A DNA stretch of 64,000 nt from a bacterium (GTDB lineage: Bacteria > SZUA-182 > DTGQ01 > JAFGSM01), in contig JBLIRN010000013.1 in the NCBI GenBank assembly GCA_049472315.1, forward strand, positions 1 to 64,000, read 5' to 3'. The stretch's first letter is position 1, and each line of letters begins with the position of its first letter. Position numbers and translations under genes: made by a program. Under the pieces are notes generated by a model. It searched no databases. It saw only the letters and a list, made by a program, of their open reading frames with translations, and had not been told where the DNA came from. Of the stretch, positions 26,900-37,533 are shown piece after piece.

Positions 26900-28464
26900 A
26901 GGTCGTCACCGGTGAGCAAATGAGGGCACTTGATCAGAAGGCCATCAAGGGGCTTGGCATTCCTGGGGTTATCCTGATGGAGCATGCGGGAAGGGGCGTG
27001 GTGGAGGAGATGGCATGCCGGTGGGAGCCCCTTGATGCGCAGAGGATCGCGATCTGCTGCGGGGCAGGGAATAACGGCGGGGACGGCCTTGTGGTGGCAC
27101 GGCATCTCATGAACCGGGGATTGCGGCCCGAGGTGTTTCTCTTCGCCGAAATGGGCAAGGTGCGCGGCGATGCCCGGATCAATCTGGACGTGCTCCTGAA
27201 TATGGGCGGGAGGATATATGTGGTGTCCGATCAGGACAGCCTGGAGGTCCACGGGGAGATCCTCAAGGGGTGCGACATCATCGTGGACGCAATCTTCGGG
27301 ACCGGCCTCAAACCGCCTGTGCAGGGATTCTTGGCGGAGGTCATTCGGTTCATCAACGAACTGCACAAACAGGTGGTGGCGGTGGACATCCCCTCGGGGC
27401 TGGGCGCGGATTCGCCGCTGGTTGAAGGGCCGTGCATCGATGCGGATCTCACGGTCACCTTTGCCCTGCCCAAGGTGTCCCACCTCCTGCCTCCTGCAAT
27501 GGGTCATGTGGGCACCCTCGCGGTGGCGGATATCGGCATTCCTCCCTTTCTGGTTGATGAGGCGGCATGCGCAATGACCGCCCTGGACCGGCCGTTTCTG
27601 ACGCCGCTGGTACGCAGGCGTTCTCCCGATTCGCACAAGGGTACCTATGGCCATTGCCTCATCATCGCCGGCTCCGAGGGAAAGACCGGGGCCGCGTATC
27701 TTGCCGCCCAGGGCGCATTGAGAATCGGCGCAGGCCTGGTGAGCCTCGCCCTTCCCCGGAGTCTCAACGACATCATGGAGGTGAAGCTCACCGAGGCGAT
27801 GACCATACCGCTCCCTGAAACCGCCGGGCGAGCCATAGCCCCGGAGGCATGGGACGCGCTTTCCCCGCATATCTCAAAATTCAGCGCCATTGTCGTCGGC
27901 CCCGGACTCTCCCAGCACCCCGGAACCGGCGAGTTCGTTCGCACATTGGTGAGCGAGGCTGCGGCTCCCCTGGTCATCGATGCGGACGCGCTCAATCTCA
28001 TCGCAGGCGGGCTGGACCTGGTTAAGCACTCGGGACATGCCCCCATTTTGACCCCGCATCCCGGTGAGATGGCCCGGCTGATCGGGAGCACCGTGCCTGC
28101 GGTGCTCGAGGGAAGGCCTGAAATTGTTCGAAAAGAGGCGGAGCGAAGCGGATGTCACCTGCTTCTAAAGGGATATCAGAGCCTCATGGCCACCCCCGAG
28201 GGCGAGATGTTTGTGAATACCACCGGGAATCCCGGCATGGCCTCCGGCGGTACCGGGGACGTGCTCTCCGGCATGATAGGGGGGCTGCTTGCCCAAGGGT
28301 ATGAAAAGAGGGATGCGATGCTCCTCGGTGTCTATCTCCACGGTCTTGCCGGGGATATCGCGGCGGCGGTCAAGGGGGAGGAGGCCCTCATTGCCACCGA
28401 TCTTCTCGATGCCATCCCTGAGGCCTACGAGTCCCTCAAGGAGTCCCCGGATGAGATGGGATGA
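26896..28464 (+). CDS. nnr: Bifunctional NAD(P)H-hydrate epimerase/dehydratase
   Basis: GNNGGDG, DAIFGTG, HKGTYG, TPHPGE, GGTGDVL. Confidence 0.95.
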   Translation: MKVVTGEQMRALDQKAIKGLGIPGVILMEHAGRGVVEEMACRWEPLDAQRIAICCGAGNNGGDGLVVARHLMNRGLRPEVFLFAEMGKVRGDARINLDVLLNMGGRIYVVSDQDSLEVHGEILKGCDIIVDAIFGTGLKPPVQGFLAEVIRFINELHKQVVAVDIPSGLGADSPLVEGPCIDADLTVTFALPKVSHLLPPAMGHVGTLAVADIGIPPFLVDEAACAMTALDRPFLTPLVRRRSPDSHKGTYGHCLIIAGSEGKTGAAYLAAQGALRIGAGLVSLALPRSLNDIMEVKLTEAMTIPLPETAGRAIAPEAWDALSPHISKFSAIVVGPGLSQHPGTGEFVRTLVSEAAAPLVIDADALNLIAGGLDLVKHSGHAPILTPHPGEMARLIGSTVPAVLEGRPEIVRKEAERSGCHLLLKGYQSLMATPEGEMFVNTTGNPGMASGGTGDVLSGMIGGLLAQGYEKRDAMLLGVYLHGLAGDIAAAVKGEEALIATDLLDAIPEAYESLKESPDEMG

Positions 28465-29311
28465 TCCGCTCGGGATGGGAGTAGACAACAAACCGGTTTT
28501 CCTGAGCCCGCCCGACCAGGGTGAGCCCGATCATGCGGGCCAACATGACAGCCCGGTCCGTTGGGGCGGAGCGGGAGATCAGAAGGGGAACGCCCATCAC
28601 TCCTGCCTTGACGAGCATCTCCGAGGAGATCCTTCCCGAGGTGACAATGATCCGGTCGGCACAGGCCCTTTTTTCAAGGAGGCACTGGCCGTACAGCTTA
28701 TCGATGGCATTGTGCCGTCCCAGGTCGAAGTGGAAGATCTCTATCTCATCGGGCCTGCACAGTGCGGCATTGTGGACACCATGGGTCATTTTGTAAAGTG
28801 TTGACCGCACGAACAACCCTTCCATCAGGCCGAACACCTGGGCAGGGGAAATCCCTTGTGAGGATGCAATCTTCACCAAGGCGAGCCGTTCCTCCCCTGT
28901 GGAAAACGTCACCCCCCTGCCAAGCCCGGGTGTGCGCGTGACCTCATCTTTACACGGTGCATTGCTGCCGCAGGGTGCCTCGATGTCGATCCTTTCCGCG
29001 TCGATCCCAGTGATCCGGACACTCTCCATTTCATCCGGTTGAATGAATCCCTCCATCGCCAGGAAGCCGATTGCGAGATATTCCCTGCCGCTGTCGCTGC
29101 AGAGCAGGGTAACCACAGGCTTACCATTAAGCCTGATGCACAGGGAGGATTCCCTGACCAGCGGGGAGATTTTTTTTGTCGGTTCCCCGTTGTATTCGAT
29201 GATCTCGACCTCGGATACCATCCCGTTGTGCGACGAAGGGATATCGGAGGAGAGGTGGTTCAGGTCATGGTGTGCAGGGTGCATATGCGTAAATCCCCTA
29301 TTTATTGGCAC
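28436..29311 (-). CDS. fdhD: Formate dehydrogenase accessory sulfurtransferase FdhD
   Basis: THGVH, DLGRHNAIDK, SGRISSEM, SRSAPT; start uncertain. Confidence 0.92.
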   Translation of the reverse strand: MPINRGFTHMHPAHHDLNHLSSDIPSSHNGMVSEVEIIEYNGEPTKKISPLVRESSLCIRLNGKPVVTLLCSDSGREYLAIGFLAMEGFIQPDEMESVRITGIDAERIDIEAPCGSNAPCKDEVTRTPGLGRGVTFSTGEERLALVKIASSQGISPAQVFGLMEGLFVRSTLYKMTHGVHNAALCRPDEIEIFHFDLGRHNAIDKLYGQCLLEKRACADRIIVTSGRISSEMLVKAGVMGVPLLISRSAPTDRAVMLARMIGLTLVGRAQENRFVVYSHPERIIPSHPGTP

Positions 29312-29450
29312 CGCAGAGTGATTATAAAGAAAAAATCTTGATTTTAATTATAACCCACTCCTTAATACCTTGACAATCCCTCATACAATATAGGAAAATA
29401 ATCTTTAATTATCAGAAAAGTTTTGTCTTTTTTTCAGCCTGCATCGTTTC

Positions 29451-29547
29451 GGGAGTGGATGGGTCACTGGTGGGCTCCCTGGACTTCAAATCCAGTGGCA
29501 GGGCTTAATCCCTCTGCGGTGGGTTCGATTCCCACACGCTCCCGCCA
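29451..29547 (+). tRNA. selC: tRNA-Sec(TCA)
   Basis: Anticodon arm CTGGA-CTTCAAA-TCCAG, long variable arm, GGTTCGATTCC, CCA end, 97 nt. Confidence 0.93.
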
Positions 29548-29907
29548 TTCTTTCCTGATAACCGATCTGCCGTGTCATTTCCTTTCGTTGAGGGATTGTG
29601 TGCAACGGCATGAAAGAATTTTCATATGCCCTGAAGATTCTTTGCCTATATATCGAGCGGGGAAGGGGATAAGAGTTATTTTTTTATAATTACTGTTTAT
29701 TATATTATTTATTATAAATTTTTTTACAGTACCTTGCTGCGCACGTTTTTTGCAGATAATTATACCATTATATACTTATATAATGAACTCTCTTTCTCAT
29801 ATCGGGTGTCGGTTTTTTGTGCTGCCTGATTCCGCTCCGCTTTGCATCAAGGATCATGATGGTTCCGAGGAACCTTTAAGATATTATGTGTGGAAGGGGG
29901 TATTTAC

Positions 29908-30012
29908 GTGAGGTTCACGAGGATAAAGAATCTCGAAACACATGAAAAGGTGATAATCGCTCTTTGCGTCACCTTTACCGTTCTCATTGCATGTCTCATA
30001 ATCACCCGATAG
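29908..30012 (+). CDS. Small single-TM protein MRFTRIKNLETHEKVIIALCVTFTVLIACLIITR (34 aa)
   Basis: GAAGGGGGT RBS before GTG; basic N-terminus and one hydrophobic helix. Confidence 0.55.
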   Translation: MRFTRIKNLETHEKVIIALCVTFTVLIACLIITR

Positions 30013-30574
30013 GGCGGGTTCCATAACCCCCGGGGGGGAGGCATTTACCGCTGCCGGCCAGAGATGCCCTCGCTCGCTGTCTGCGAGGTGTCCGTATTAA
30101 AGGACGAATCACGTCCGTTCAGTAAATCTCTATTCGATTCCGATTCGTGCGCGGCTGTGCTCAATACCGTAGAAGCATTGCCCTTGCATTTCTGTGCAGG
30201 ATTCGGCATGCCTGGAATATGACCGCTCATACATCCCGCTTATGACCACGATGGGACTCGGTGCGCAGTGATTCCTCTGCCCGATTTTGGTCGAATAGAT
30301 ATGGTGAGGGGCATATACCGGGATGTGTTGTACCGGTCGACCGAATGCCCTATACTACCCTTGCCGAAAATCCGTGTTGCTGCGCAGCAGGGGTATCTTT
30401 CCCGGATGGAAAGGTGATGAATCCTTAACAGCCAATACACTGTGGGAGCAAGGGAGGGGGATATTGAGCAATTGCATGAATCTTGATTCCACAACGGTCA
30501 CGTGGGTAAGAGATGCTTTCATGAACCACCTGTCAGGATGGGGAACCAGCTTGATTGCATGAGGTCCTGACCGT

Positions 30575-31573
30575 ATGATACTGTACATATTTTCGTTTCT
30601 GCTCTCCTTTTCTCTCGCCCTGTACCTGACCCCTCGGGTTAGGGATATCGCCCTGCGGCTGAATATCGTGGATATCCCCGACAATAATCTCAAGCAGCAC
30701 AACGGTCCGGTACCCTATCTGGGTGGGGCTGCAATCTACATCGCCTTCCTCGTCACCCTCGCCCTTACCTTCGATTTCAGCAGGGAGGTGCTCAGCCTGC
30801 TTCTGGGCGGGAGCATTGTGCTCATCATTGGTCTGGTGGACGATCTCAAGGTGTTGAGCCCAGGCTTGAAACTGATCGGGGAGTGTCTGGCAGTGCTCGC
30901 CCTGATGAAATCCGGGATCAGGATGAAGCTCACCTTCATTCCCATCTGGATCAGCATACCCGTCACCATTCTCTGGCTGATCGGGATTACCAATGCCTTC
31001 AATCTGATCGATATCATGGACGGATTGTCAGGGGGGGTTGCATTCATCGCATGTCTCTGCCTTTTCTGGGTGGCCAGCCTCAACGGCAGGACGATGATCG
31101 CCATCATGACCATTGCCCTTGGGGGGAGCATCCTCGGTTTTCTCCGATGGAACATGCCTCATGCGCGTATCTATCTTGGGGATGCAGGAAGCCTTTTTAT
31201 CGGGCTCATGATCGGGGCCCTTGCCATGATAGGGAGCTACACCGATAAAAACCTGGTGGCGACGCTGGCGCCGGTGCTCATTCTGGGGGTGCCCATCTTT
31301 GATACGATCTTTGTGAGTTATATCCGGTTCAAACGCGGCCGGTCCATTTTCCTGGGAAGCAATGATCATTTCGCCATTCGCCTCCGGCACCTGAAGATGT
31401 CTCCGGTGCAGGTGGTGGTCCTGTCGTATCTGGTGGCGGCGGCGCTGGGAATGGCGGGGGTGCTGATGATCTCGCTCTCGACCCGGGGCGCTGTGTACCT
31501 TTTTATGGGCACGTGTGTCATGCTCTTTGTAGGTGCATTGCTGCTCAAGCGAATCAGGATGGAAGAGGGATGA
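30575..31573 (+). CDS. WecA/MraY family polyprenyl-phosphate HexNAc-1-P transferase
   Basis: GLVDD, NAFNLIDIMDGL, YLGDAGS. Confidence 0.93.
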   Translation: MILYIFSFLLSFSLALYLTPRVRDIALRLNIVDIPDNNLKQHNGPVPYLGGAAIYIAFLVTLALTFDFSREVLSLLLGGSIVLIIGLVDDLKVLSPGLKLIGECLAVLALMKSGIRMKLTFIPIWISIPVTILWLIGITNAFNLIDIMDGLSGGVAFIACLCLFWVASLNGRTMIAIMTIALGGSILGFLRWNMPHARIYLGDAGSLFIGLMIGALAMIGSYTDKNLVATLAPVLILGVPIFDTIFVSYIRFKRGRSIFLGSNDHFAIRLRHLKMSPVQVVVLSYLVAAALGMAGVLMISLSTRGAVYLFMGTCVMLFVGALLLKRIRMEEG

Positions 31574-31611
31574 ATGAGGATCGGGATGTTTGGTGAGGGG
31601 AACATGGCAGT

Positions 31612-32856
31612 ATGGTAAAGCGGGCTGTCATAATCCACATCATTACCACCCTTGAGCTGGGGGGAGCCCAGCAGACGACCCTTTATACCGTCGCCCATCT
31701 CGACAGGAAGCGGTACCAGTCCCTCCTGATATGCGGTCCGGAAGGGCTCCTCCTTCCCGAGGCACGTTCGATGCCCGATGTCACAGTCCGGGTATGCCCC
31801 CATCTGGTGAGGGCCGTGTCGCCCATCAAAGACCTGCGCGCCCTGATATCCCTATGGCGTATCCTGCGACAGGAAAAGGCAACCCATCCCGGGCCGGCTG
31901 TCGTGCACACCCACAGTTCCAAGGCGGGGATTTTGGGCAGGTGGGCGGCCTTTTGTGCGGGGATTCGGATCCGGATCCACACGGTCCACGGCTTCGGGTT
32001 CCACCCCCATCAGCGGCGGATGGTGCGTACCATCTTTACCCTTGCGGAGATACTGACCGGCCTCATTACCACCAGGATGGTCTATGTCTCGATGGAGAAT
32101 CTGCGCCGGGGAATAGGCATGGGCATCTCCCGGCCGTCGAATTCCCTCATCATCCGAAGCGGCATCGACTGGGAGGGGTTCACACGGATCAATGGGGGAA
32201 ATGCAGGGGGAGAAGGGAAGGCATTACTGCAGAAGGCCCTTAATATCAAAAAAAATAGGTTTGTAGTGGGAATGATTGCGTGCCTCAAGCCGCAGAAGGC
32301 CCCCCTGGACTTTGTCCGCATGGCGGACCGGGTGAGACGGGAACTGCCCGATACACATTTCGTTATGGTGGGGGATGGTGTCTTGAGGGATGCGGTGGAG
32401 GACATGGTGCGGGCATGCGGGCTGCAGGATCATATGCACCTGACCGGATGGCGGCGGGATATACCGCGGCTGCTTGCCGGGTTTGATATCATGGCACTTA
32501 CCTCGCTGTGGGAGGGCCTTCCCAAGGTGGTGGTGGAGGCCCAGGCGGCGGGGATTCCGGTGGTGGCGACCAAAACCCCGGGGGTTGATGAGGTGGTGCG
32601 GGAGGGTGAAACCGGATTTGTTGTCCCCCCCGGAAGCCCCGGGATTATGGCCTCCAGGGTCATTGAATTGCTGAACAATCCTCGCATCATGGAACATATG
32701 GGAAGGAATGCCCGGTCCGTCTCCAGGGAATTCGACCTGAGGGAGGGGCTTAAAATGCACGAGGGCCTCTACGAAGACTTGATAAACGGAAAGGAATTTC
32801 GTAATAATAAACAATCAAGGCGGAAATATGATCGACCGGTCTCAATGGCAGTTTGA
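31612..32856 (+). CDS. GT4 glycosyltransferase
   Basis: GGAQ, HTHSSKAG, HTVHG, SLWEGLP..VEA. Confidence 0.93.
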   Translation: MVKRAVIIHIITTLELGGAQQTTLYTVAHLDRKRYQSLLICGPEGLLLPEARSMPDVTVRVCPHLVRAVSPIKDLRALISLWRILRQEKATHPGPAVVHTHSSKAGILGRWAAFCAGIRIRIHTVHGFGFHPHQRRMVRTIFTLAEILTGLITTRMVYVSMENLRRGIGMGISRPSNSLIIRSGIDWEGFTRINGGNAGGEGKALLQKALNIKKNRFVVGMIACLKPQKAPLDFVRMADRVRRELPDTHFVMVGDGVLRDAVEDMVRACGLQDHMHLTGWRRDIPRLLAGFDIMALTSLWEGLPKVVVEAQAAGIPVVATKTPGVDEVVREGETGFVVPPGSPGIMASRVIELLNNPRIMEHMGRNARSVSREFDLREGLKMHEGLYEDLINGKEFRNNKQSRRKYDRPVSMAV

Positions 32857-32859
32857 CTC

Positions 32860-33816
32860 ATGGATCAGGGGGAAGCCGTGGGAATAATCAGCATCGTAGG
32901 GCTTACCAAATCATATCGGTCCGGGTTTTGGGGAAAGAGGAAGCGCGCACTGGAGGGACTCAACCTCGAGGTGGAGAAGGGGGAGACGTTCGGGTACCTG
33001 GGGCCCAATGGCGCAGGAAAGACCACCACACTCAAGATACTGCTCGGCCTCATTCAACCTGACTCGGGGCATGCAACCATCCTGGATCAGTCAATCTCCA
33101 CCATCAAGGTCAGGTCACGGATCGGCTTCCTGCCTGAGCAGCCTTACTTCTATGACTACCTCACCGGCAGGGAGCTTCTGGAATTCTACGGTCATTTCTT
33201 CGGACTTTCCAGATTGCAGCGGATGAGGCGCATCGCGGACCTCCTGGAGATGGTGTCCCTCACCGGTGCGGAGAATCTTGCCCTGAGAAAATATTCGAAG
33301 GGCATGCTTCAGAGGATCGGCATTGCCCAGGCACTGATCAATGACCCGGATATCATCTTCCTGGACGAGCCGCTTTCAGGCCTTGATCCCATAGGGCGCA
33401 AGGAGGTCAAGGATATCGTCCATACCTTGAAGAAAGAGGGAAAGACCATCTTTTTTTGCTCCCATATCCTTCCGGATGTTGAGATGATCTGTGACCGTAT
33501 AGGGATTCTGGATAAGGGGCGGCTGATAGCGGTGGGCAGTCTGGATGACCTCCTCCATGTGGAGGCGAAGGGAATCGATATCGAATTCACCGGCGTTTCC
33601 GGACAGGGATTGGTGAATATACGAAGGGCTGCTAAGAAGAGCCTGGAGCAGAACCACCGCGTGCAAGTCACCCTCGACGGGGATGACCGAGTGATGGACG
33701 TCATACGGATGATCGACGAATCAGGCGGCAGGGTGTTGAGCGTTATCCCTCACCGGATGAGCCTTGAGGAGATCTTTGTGAACAAGCTGGACCTTCGCAG
33801 GGAGAAATTTCAATGA
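32860..33816 (+). CDS. ABC transporter ATP-binding protein
   Basis: GPNGAGKTT, YSKGMLQR, LDEP. Confidence 0.95.
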   Translation: MDQGEAVGIISIVGLTKSYRSGFWGKRKRALEGLNLEVEKGETFGYLGPNGAGKTTTLKILLGLIQPDSGHATILDQSISTIKVRSRIGFLPEQPYFYDYLTGRELLEFYGHFFGLSRLQRMRRIADLLEMVSLTGAENLALRKYSKGMLQRIGIAQALINDPDIIFLDEPLSGLDPIGRKEVKDIVHTLKKEGKTIFFCSHILPDVEMICDRIGILDKGRLIAVGSLDDLLHVEAKGIDIEFTGVSGQGLVNIRRAAKKSLEQNHRVQVTLDGDDRVMDVIRMIDESGGRVLSVIPHRMSLEEIFVNKLDLRREKFQ

Positions 33817-34577
33817 AATGGATCAGCGTGGCATTCAACACCTTTAAGGAGGCGATCCGGAATCACATCCTGTACAACCTCCTCATCTTCGCACTGCTTA
33901 TCATCGGCGGCTCAACCATCATCGGAAACCTGACCATCGGACAGGGCGACAAGGTCATAACGGATATAGGCCTTGCCTCCATCTCCATTTTCGGGGTGCT
34001 CATTGCGATATTTGTGGGAATAGGCCTGGTATACAAGGAAATCGATCGAAAAACCATATACAATATCCTGTCAAAACCGATCAGAAAGTCCGAATTCCTG
34101 TTGGGTAAGTACATGGGGCTGCTCATGACCCTCGCCATAAACGTCGTGCTCATGATTATGGGATTGATGATCACCCTCTATTTCATGTCCGGCACAATCG
34201 CCTGGCACATTCTTCCCGCGGTAGGATTGATCTTCCTGGAATTGATGCTCGTGACCTCCGTGGCCATCCTCTTTTCCACCTTTTCCACGCCCACCTTGAG
34301 TACGATATTCACCCTGTCCATCTATGTGATCGGCCACCTGACAGGGGACCTGGTGAGGCTTGGGGAGAACACGGAATCGAACCTTATCAAGGGCGTAACA
34401 AAGCTTTTCTACTATCTCCTTCCGAACCTTGAAAATTTCAACATACGCACGCAGGTCGTCCATAACCTGGCCGTTTCATCGGGATACTACTGGCGTGCCC
34501 TTGCGTACGCCTTTCTCTACCTCGGCATCATCGTCCTTATAGCACTCTATGTGTTTGCGAGGAGGGATTTCAACTAA
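33813..34577 (+). CDS. ABC-2 type permease
   Basis: NTFKEAIR, KEIDRKTIY..LSKP, C-terminal RRDF. Confidence 0.9.
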   Translation: MKWISVAFNTFKEAIRNHILYNLLIFALLIIGGSTIIGNLTIGQGDKVITDIGLASISIFGVLIAIFVGIGLVYKEIDRKTIYNILSKPIRKSEFLLGKYMGLLMTLAINVVLMIMGLMITLYFMSGTIAWHILPAVGLIFLELMLVTSVAILFSTFSTPTLSTIFTLSIYVIGHLTGDLVRLGENTESNLIKGVTKLFYYLLPNLENFNIRTQVVHNLAVSSGYYWRALAYAFLYLGIIVLIALYVFARRDFN

Positions 34578-34656
34578 CTTCGATCATGGCCACATGTCGG
34601 GCTTGTCCAGGGGGCATTTTGCCCCGCATACTCCATGAGAAAGGGGGCAGTCATTA

Positions 34657-34685
34657 TTGACAGAAGAAGGGTTTTTCATTACAAT
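34657..34685 (+). promoter_or_regulatory. sigma70 promoter of yceD-rpmF-fab operon, TTGACA-N17-TACAAT
   Basis: Near-perfect consensus. Confidence 0.75.
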
Positions 34686-34756
34686 AGATAACTCATTTAA
34701 AAGAAACTGAAGTCATTTTTGTATCAACTTAATAAATAGTGTCGGGTTAAAGGACA

Positions 34757-35275
34757 ATGGAGATTTTGATTGATGACATCCCTGAAGAGGGAAAAGAAAT
34801 CAAATTGACTGCAAGCAGTGAAGATCTCAATTCCAGCGGTGAAGAGATCCGTCTCAAGGAGCCGCTCACCCTCAAGGCATTTGTCAAACGCTCTGGAGAT
34901 AAGGTGCTGATAAAGGGGGTCATTCAGGCCCTCCTCCGGCTCGAGTGCAGCCGGTGCCTGGAGGAGTTCACCTGCCATATTGATGAGCCGTTCATCGCAA
35001 CGTTTCTCCCCTCTCGAGAACGGCCCAAAGAATCGGATCTTGAATTGGAATCCGATGACCTGGATGTCAGCTTTTATACTGAAAGGACCATTGATCTGAG
35101 TGCATTGGTGAGGGAGCAGTTACTGCTTGCCATCCCGATGAATCCGGTATGCACGGTGAGCTGCAGGGGGCTTTGTCCGGAATGCGGCAAGAATTTGAAT
35201 GAAGGAAGGTGTTACTGTTCCGGCTCAAAAGCGGATTCTCGCTGGTCGAAATCACGAAAATTCGTAGATGATTAG
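34757..35275 (+). CDS. yceD: DUF177/YceD protein
   Basis: CSRCL, LC...CRGLCPECGKNLN; position upstream of rpmF. Confidence 0.92.
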   Translation: MEILIDDIPEEGKEIKLTASSEDLNSSGEEIRLKEPLTLKAFVKRSGDKVLIKGVIQALLRLECSRCLEEFTCHIDEPFIATFLPSRERPKESDLELESDDLDVSFYTERTIDLSALVREQLLLAIPMNPVCTVSCRGLCPECGKNLNEGRCYCSGSKADSRWSKSRKFVDD

Positions 35276-35287
35276 AAGGAGGTACAC

Positions 35288-35476
35288 ATGGCAAATCCGA
35301 AGAGAAGGGGATCAAAATCGCGGCGGGATAAGAGGAGAAGCCATTGGGCAATGAAACCGTTGACACTCGCGGTGTGTCCCGAGTGTCAGGAACCCAAGCT
35401 TCCCCACCGGTTGTGTCTTAATTGCGGGCATTACAAGAATCAAATGATTCTGGAGATCGAAGAGAAAGAGGCATAA
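35288..35476 (+). CDS. rpmF: 50S ribosomal protein L32
   Basis: MANPKRR.SKSRRDKRR, CPEC..CLNCG. Confidence 0.97.
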   Translation: MANPKRRGSKSRRDKRRSHWAMKPLTLAVCPECQEPKLPHRLCLNCGHYKNQMILEIEEKEA

Positions 35477-35496
35477 TATTTGACATGGAGTAATCG

Positions 35497-36531
35497 ATGA
35501 AGATCGCTGTAGATGCAATGGGAGGGGACATCGGACCGGGGGCCTCCGTTACCGCTGCGGTAAAAGCCGCGCGCGAATTCGGGCTTTCCATCATCCTGGT
35601 CGGACAGGAGGATATTCTCACTGCAGAACTCGAGCGGCACCGAACCGAAGGATTGGACCTCGTCATCAAGGATGCCACGCAGATCGTCAGCATGCACGAT
35701 CAACCGTCCATGGCCTTGAGGCAGAAGAAGGATTCGTCAATACGGGTGGCTGCGGAGCTTGTCAAGTCCGGAGATGCGGATGGTATGGTGAGCGCCGGCA
35801 ATACCGGCGTAGTGATGGCGACCGCCAAGATCTTTTTCAAGGCCCTGGAAGGCGTTGATCGGCCTGCAATCGCCACCGTCTTACCCACCTTGAAGGGGGC
35901 GTGTCTCCTGCTCGATGCGGGCGCGAACGTCGACTGCAAGCCGCGGCACCTCCTTCAATTTGCAGTCATGGGGCACGCATACGCCCAGCAGCTATTGCGT
36001 ATACCGAAACCCAGGGTGGGCGTTCTGAGTAACGGCTCCGAGGATTCCAAGGGGAACGATTTAACCAGGACTTCCTTGGGCCTGATACGGCAGGTGCCCT
36101 TCGAGTGCGTCGGTAATGTGGAGGGAAGGGACATATTCAGGGGTGAGGTGGACGTGGTGGTGACCGATGGTTTTGTCGGGAATGTGGCCCTCAAGGTTGC
36201 CGAGGGGGTTGAGGAGATGATCACCACAACGTTGCGTAAGGAGGTGAAGCGGAGTATTCTGGCACGCCTGGGTTTTTCCCTTATGGTCCCTGTTTTCAGG
36301 CGATTCAAAAAGAAGTTCGACTATGCCGAATACGGGGGTGCACCCCTTTTGGGGCTCAACAAGGTCTGTATCATCTGCCACGGTATCTCGAGCGCCCGGG
36401 CGATCAAAAATGCCATACGCGTGGCATCGGAATATATTGGTAAGGATGTGAATTCCTTGATCATCCATGATATCACGGCCGTGAAGCAACTGATCGAAAC
36501 CAAGACACTCACCCTGAAAGAGGCCCGTTGA
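35497..36531 (+). CDS. plsX: Phosphate acyltransferase PlsX
   Basis: IAVDAMGGD, SAGNTG, DAGAN, DGFVGN. Confidence 0.97.
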   Translation: MKIAVDAMGGDIGPGASVTAAVKAAREFGLSIILVGQEDILTAELERHRTEGLDLVIKDATQIVSMHDQPSMALRQKKDSSIRVAAELVKSGDADGMVSAGNTGVVMATAKIFFKALEGVDRPAIATVLPTLKGACLLLDAGANVDCKPRHLLQFAVMGHAYAQQLLRIPKPRVGVLSNGSEDSKGNDLTRTSLGLIRQVPFECVGNVEGRDIFRGEVDVVVTDGFVGNVALKVAEGVEEMITTTLRKEVKRSILARLGFSLMVPVFRRFKKKFDYAEYGGAPLLGLNKVCIICHGISSARAIKNAIRVASEYIGKDVNSLIIHDITAVKQLIETKTLTLKEAR

Positions 36532-37529
36532 GCATGCCGGGAAAAGGGACAGGGGGGGCCTTTATCTCCGGTCTCGGGGGGTTCGTACCCGAAAATATCC
36601 TCACCAACCAGGACCTGGAACGGATGGTGGATACCTCCGACGAGTGGATACAGACCCGGACCGGAATCAGGGAACGCAGGATAGCCTCTCCCCAGCAGGC
36701 AACATCCGACCTGGCCACCGAGGCGGCACTCAATGCGATTGCGGATGCGGGCCTGACCCCTCAGGAGATCGATCTGATCATTTGCGCCACGGTTACCCCT
36801 GACAACATCTTTCCCTCCACCGCCTGCCTCATCCAGAGGAATCTGAGGAACCAGACGGCAGCCGCGTTCGACATAAGCGCTGCATGCTCCGGGTTCATCT
36901 ACGGACTGTCCCTTGCCGAAATGTTCGTGAGCACAGGCCGCCACAGGCACGTCTTGGTGATCGGGGCCGAGACCCTCTCACGATTCACCGATTGGAAGGA
37001 GCGATCGACCTGTGTGCTTTTCGGCGATGCCGCAGGTGCCGTCGTGGTCAGCCCTGCGCAGGGGGAAAGCAGGATCCTGTCGGTACATCTCTTTGCAGAC
37101 GGTCGTTTTTCCGACCTTCTGGTCATACCAAGCGGCGGATCACGGCAGCCCTGTACGCACGAGACACTGGATAAGAGGCAGCACTATATCCATATGAAGG
37201 GTAACGAGACCTTCAAGATTGCGGTGAAGTCATTGGTAAACGCCTCGGTCACCGCCTTGGAACATAATCACGTCACTGCGGATCACGTCGATCTTTTCAT
37301 CTCGCACCAGGCGAATACCCGCATCATTCAGGCAGCAGCGGAGAGGCTGGGGGTCTCGGACGAACGGGTGGTGATCACCGTCGACCGGTTCGGCAATACC
37401 TCCGCCGCCAGTATACCCACCGCCCTGTGGGACCTCTCGGTGCAGGGGAGAATAGCTCGGGGCAACATGATCCTGCTGGCTGCGTTCGGCGGTGGATTGA
37501 CCTGGGGTTCCGCCTTGATCAGATGGTAA
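36528..37529 (+). CDS. fabH: 3-oxoacyl-ACP synthase III
   Basis: AACSGF, HQAN, GNTSAAS, FGGGLTW. Confidence 0.97.
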   Translation: MSMPGKGTGGAFISGLGGFVPENILTNQDLERMVDTSDEWIQTRTGIRERRIASPQQATSDLATEAALNAIADAGLTPQEIDLIICATVTPDNIFPSTACLIQRNLRNQTAAAFDISAACSGFIYGLSLAEMFVSTGRHRHVLVIGAETLSRFTDWKERSTCVLFGDAAGAVVVSPAQGESRILSVHLFADGRFSDLLVIPSGGSRQPCTHETLDKRQHYIHMKGNETFKIAVKSLVNASVTALEHNHVTADHVDLFISHQANTRIIQAAAERLGVSDERVVITVDRFGNTSAASIPTALWDLSVQGRIARGNMILLAAFGGGLTWGSALIRW

Positions 37530-37533
37530 CAAA

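Noticed and set aside
29548..30570. Integrated element at selC
   Set aside because: No integrase and no duplicated tRNA 3' end seen; the short ORFs at 30045-30562 lack recognisable features
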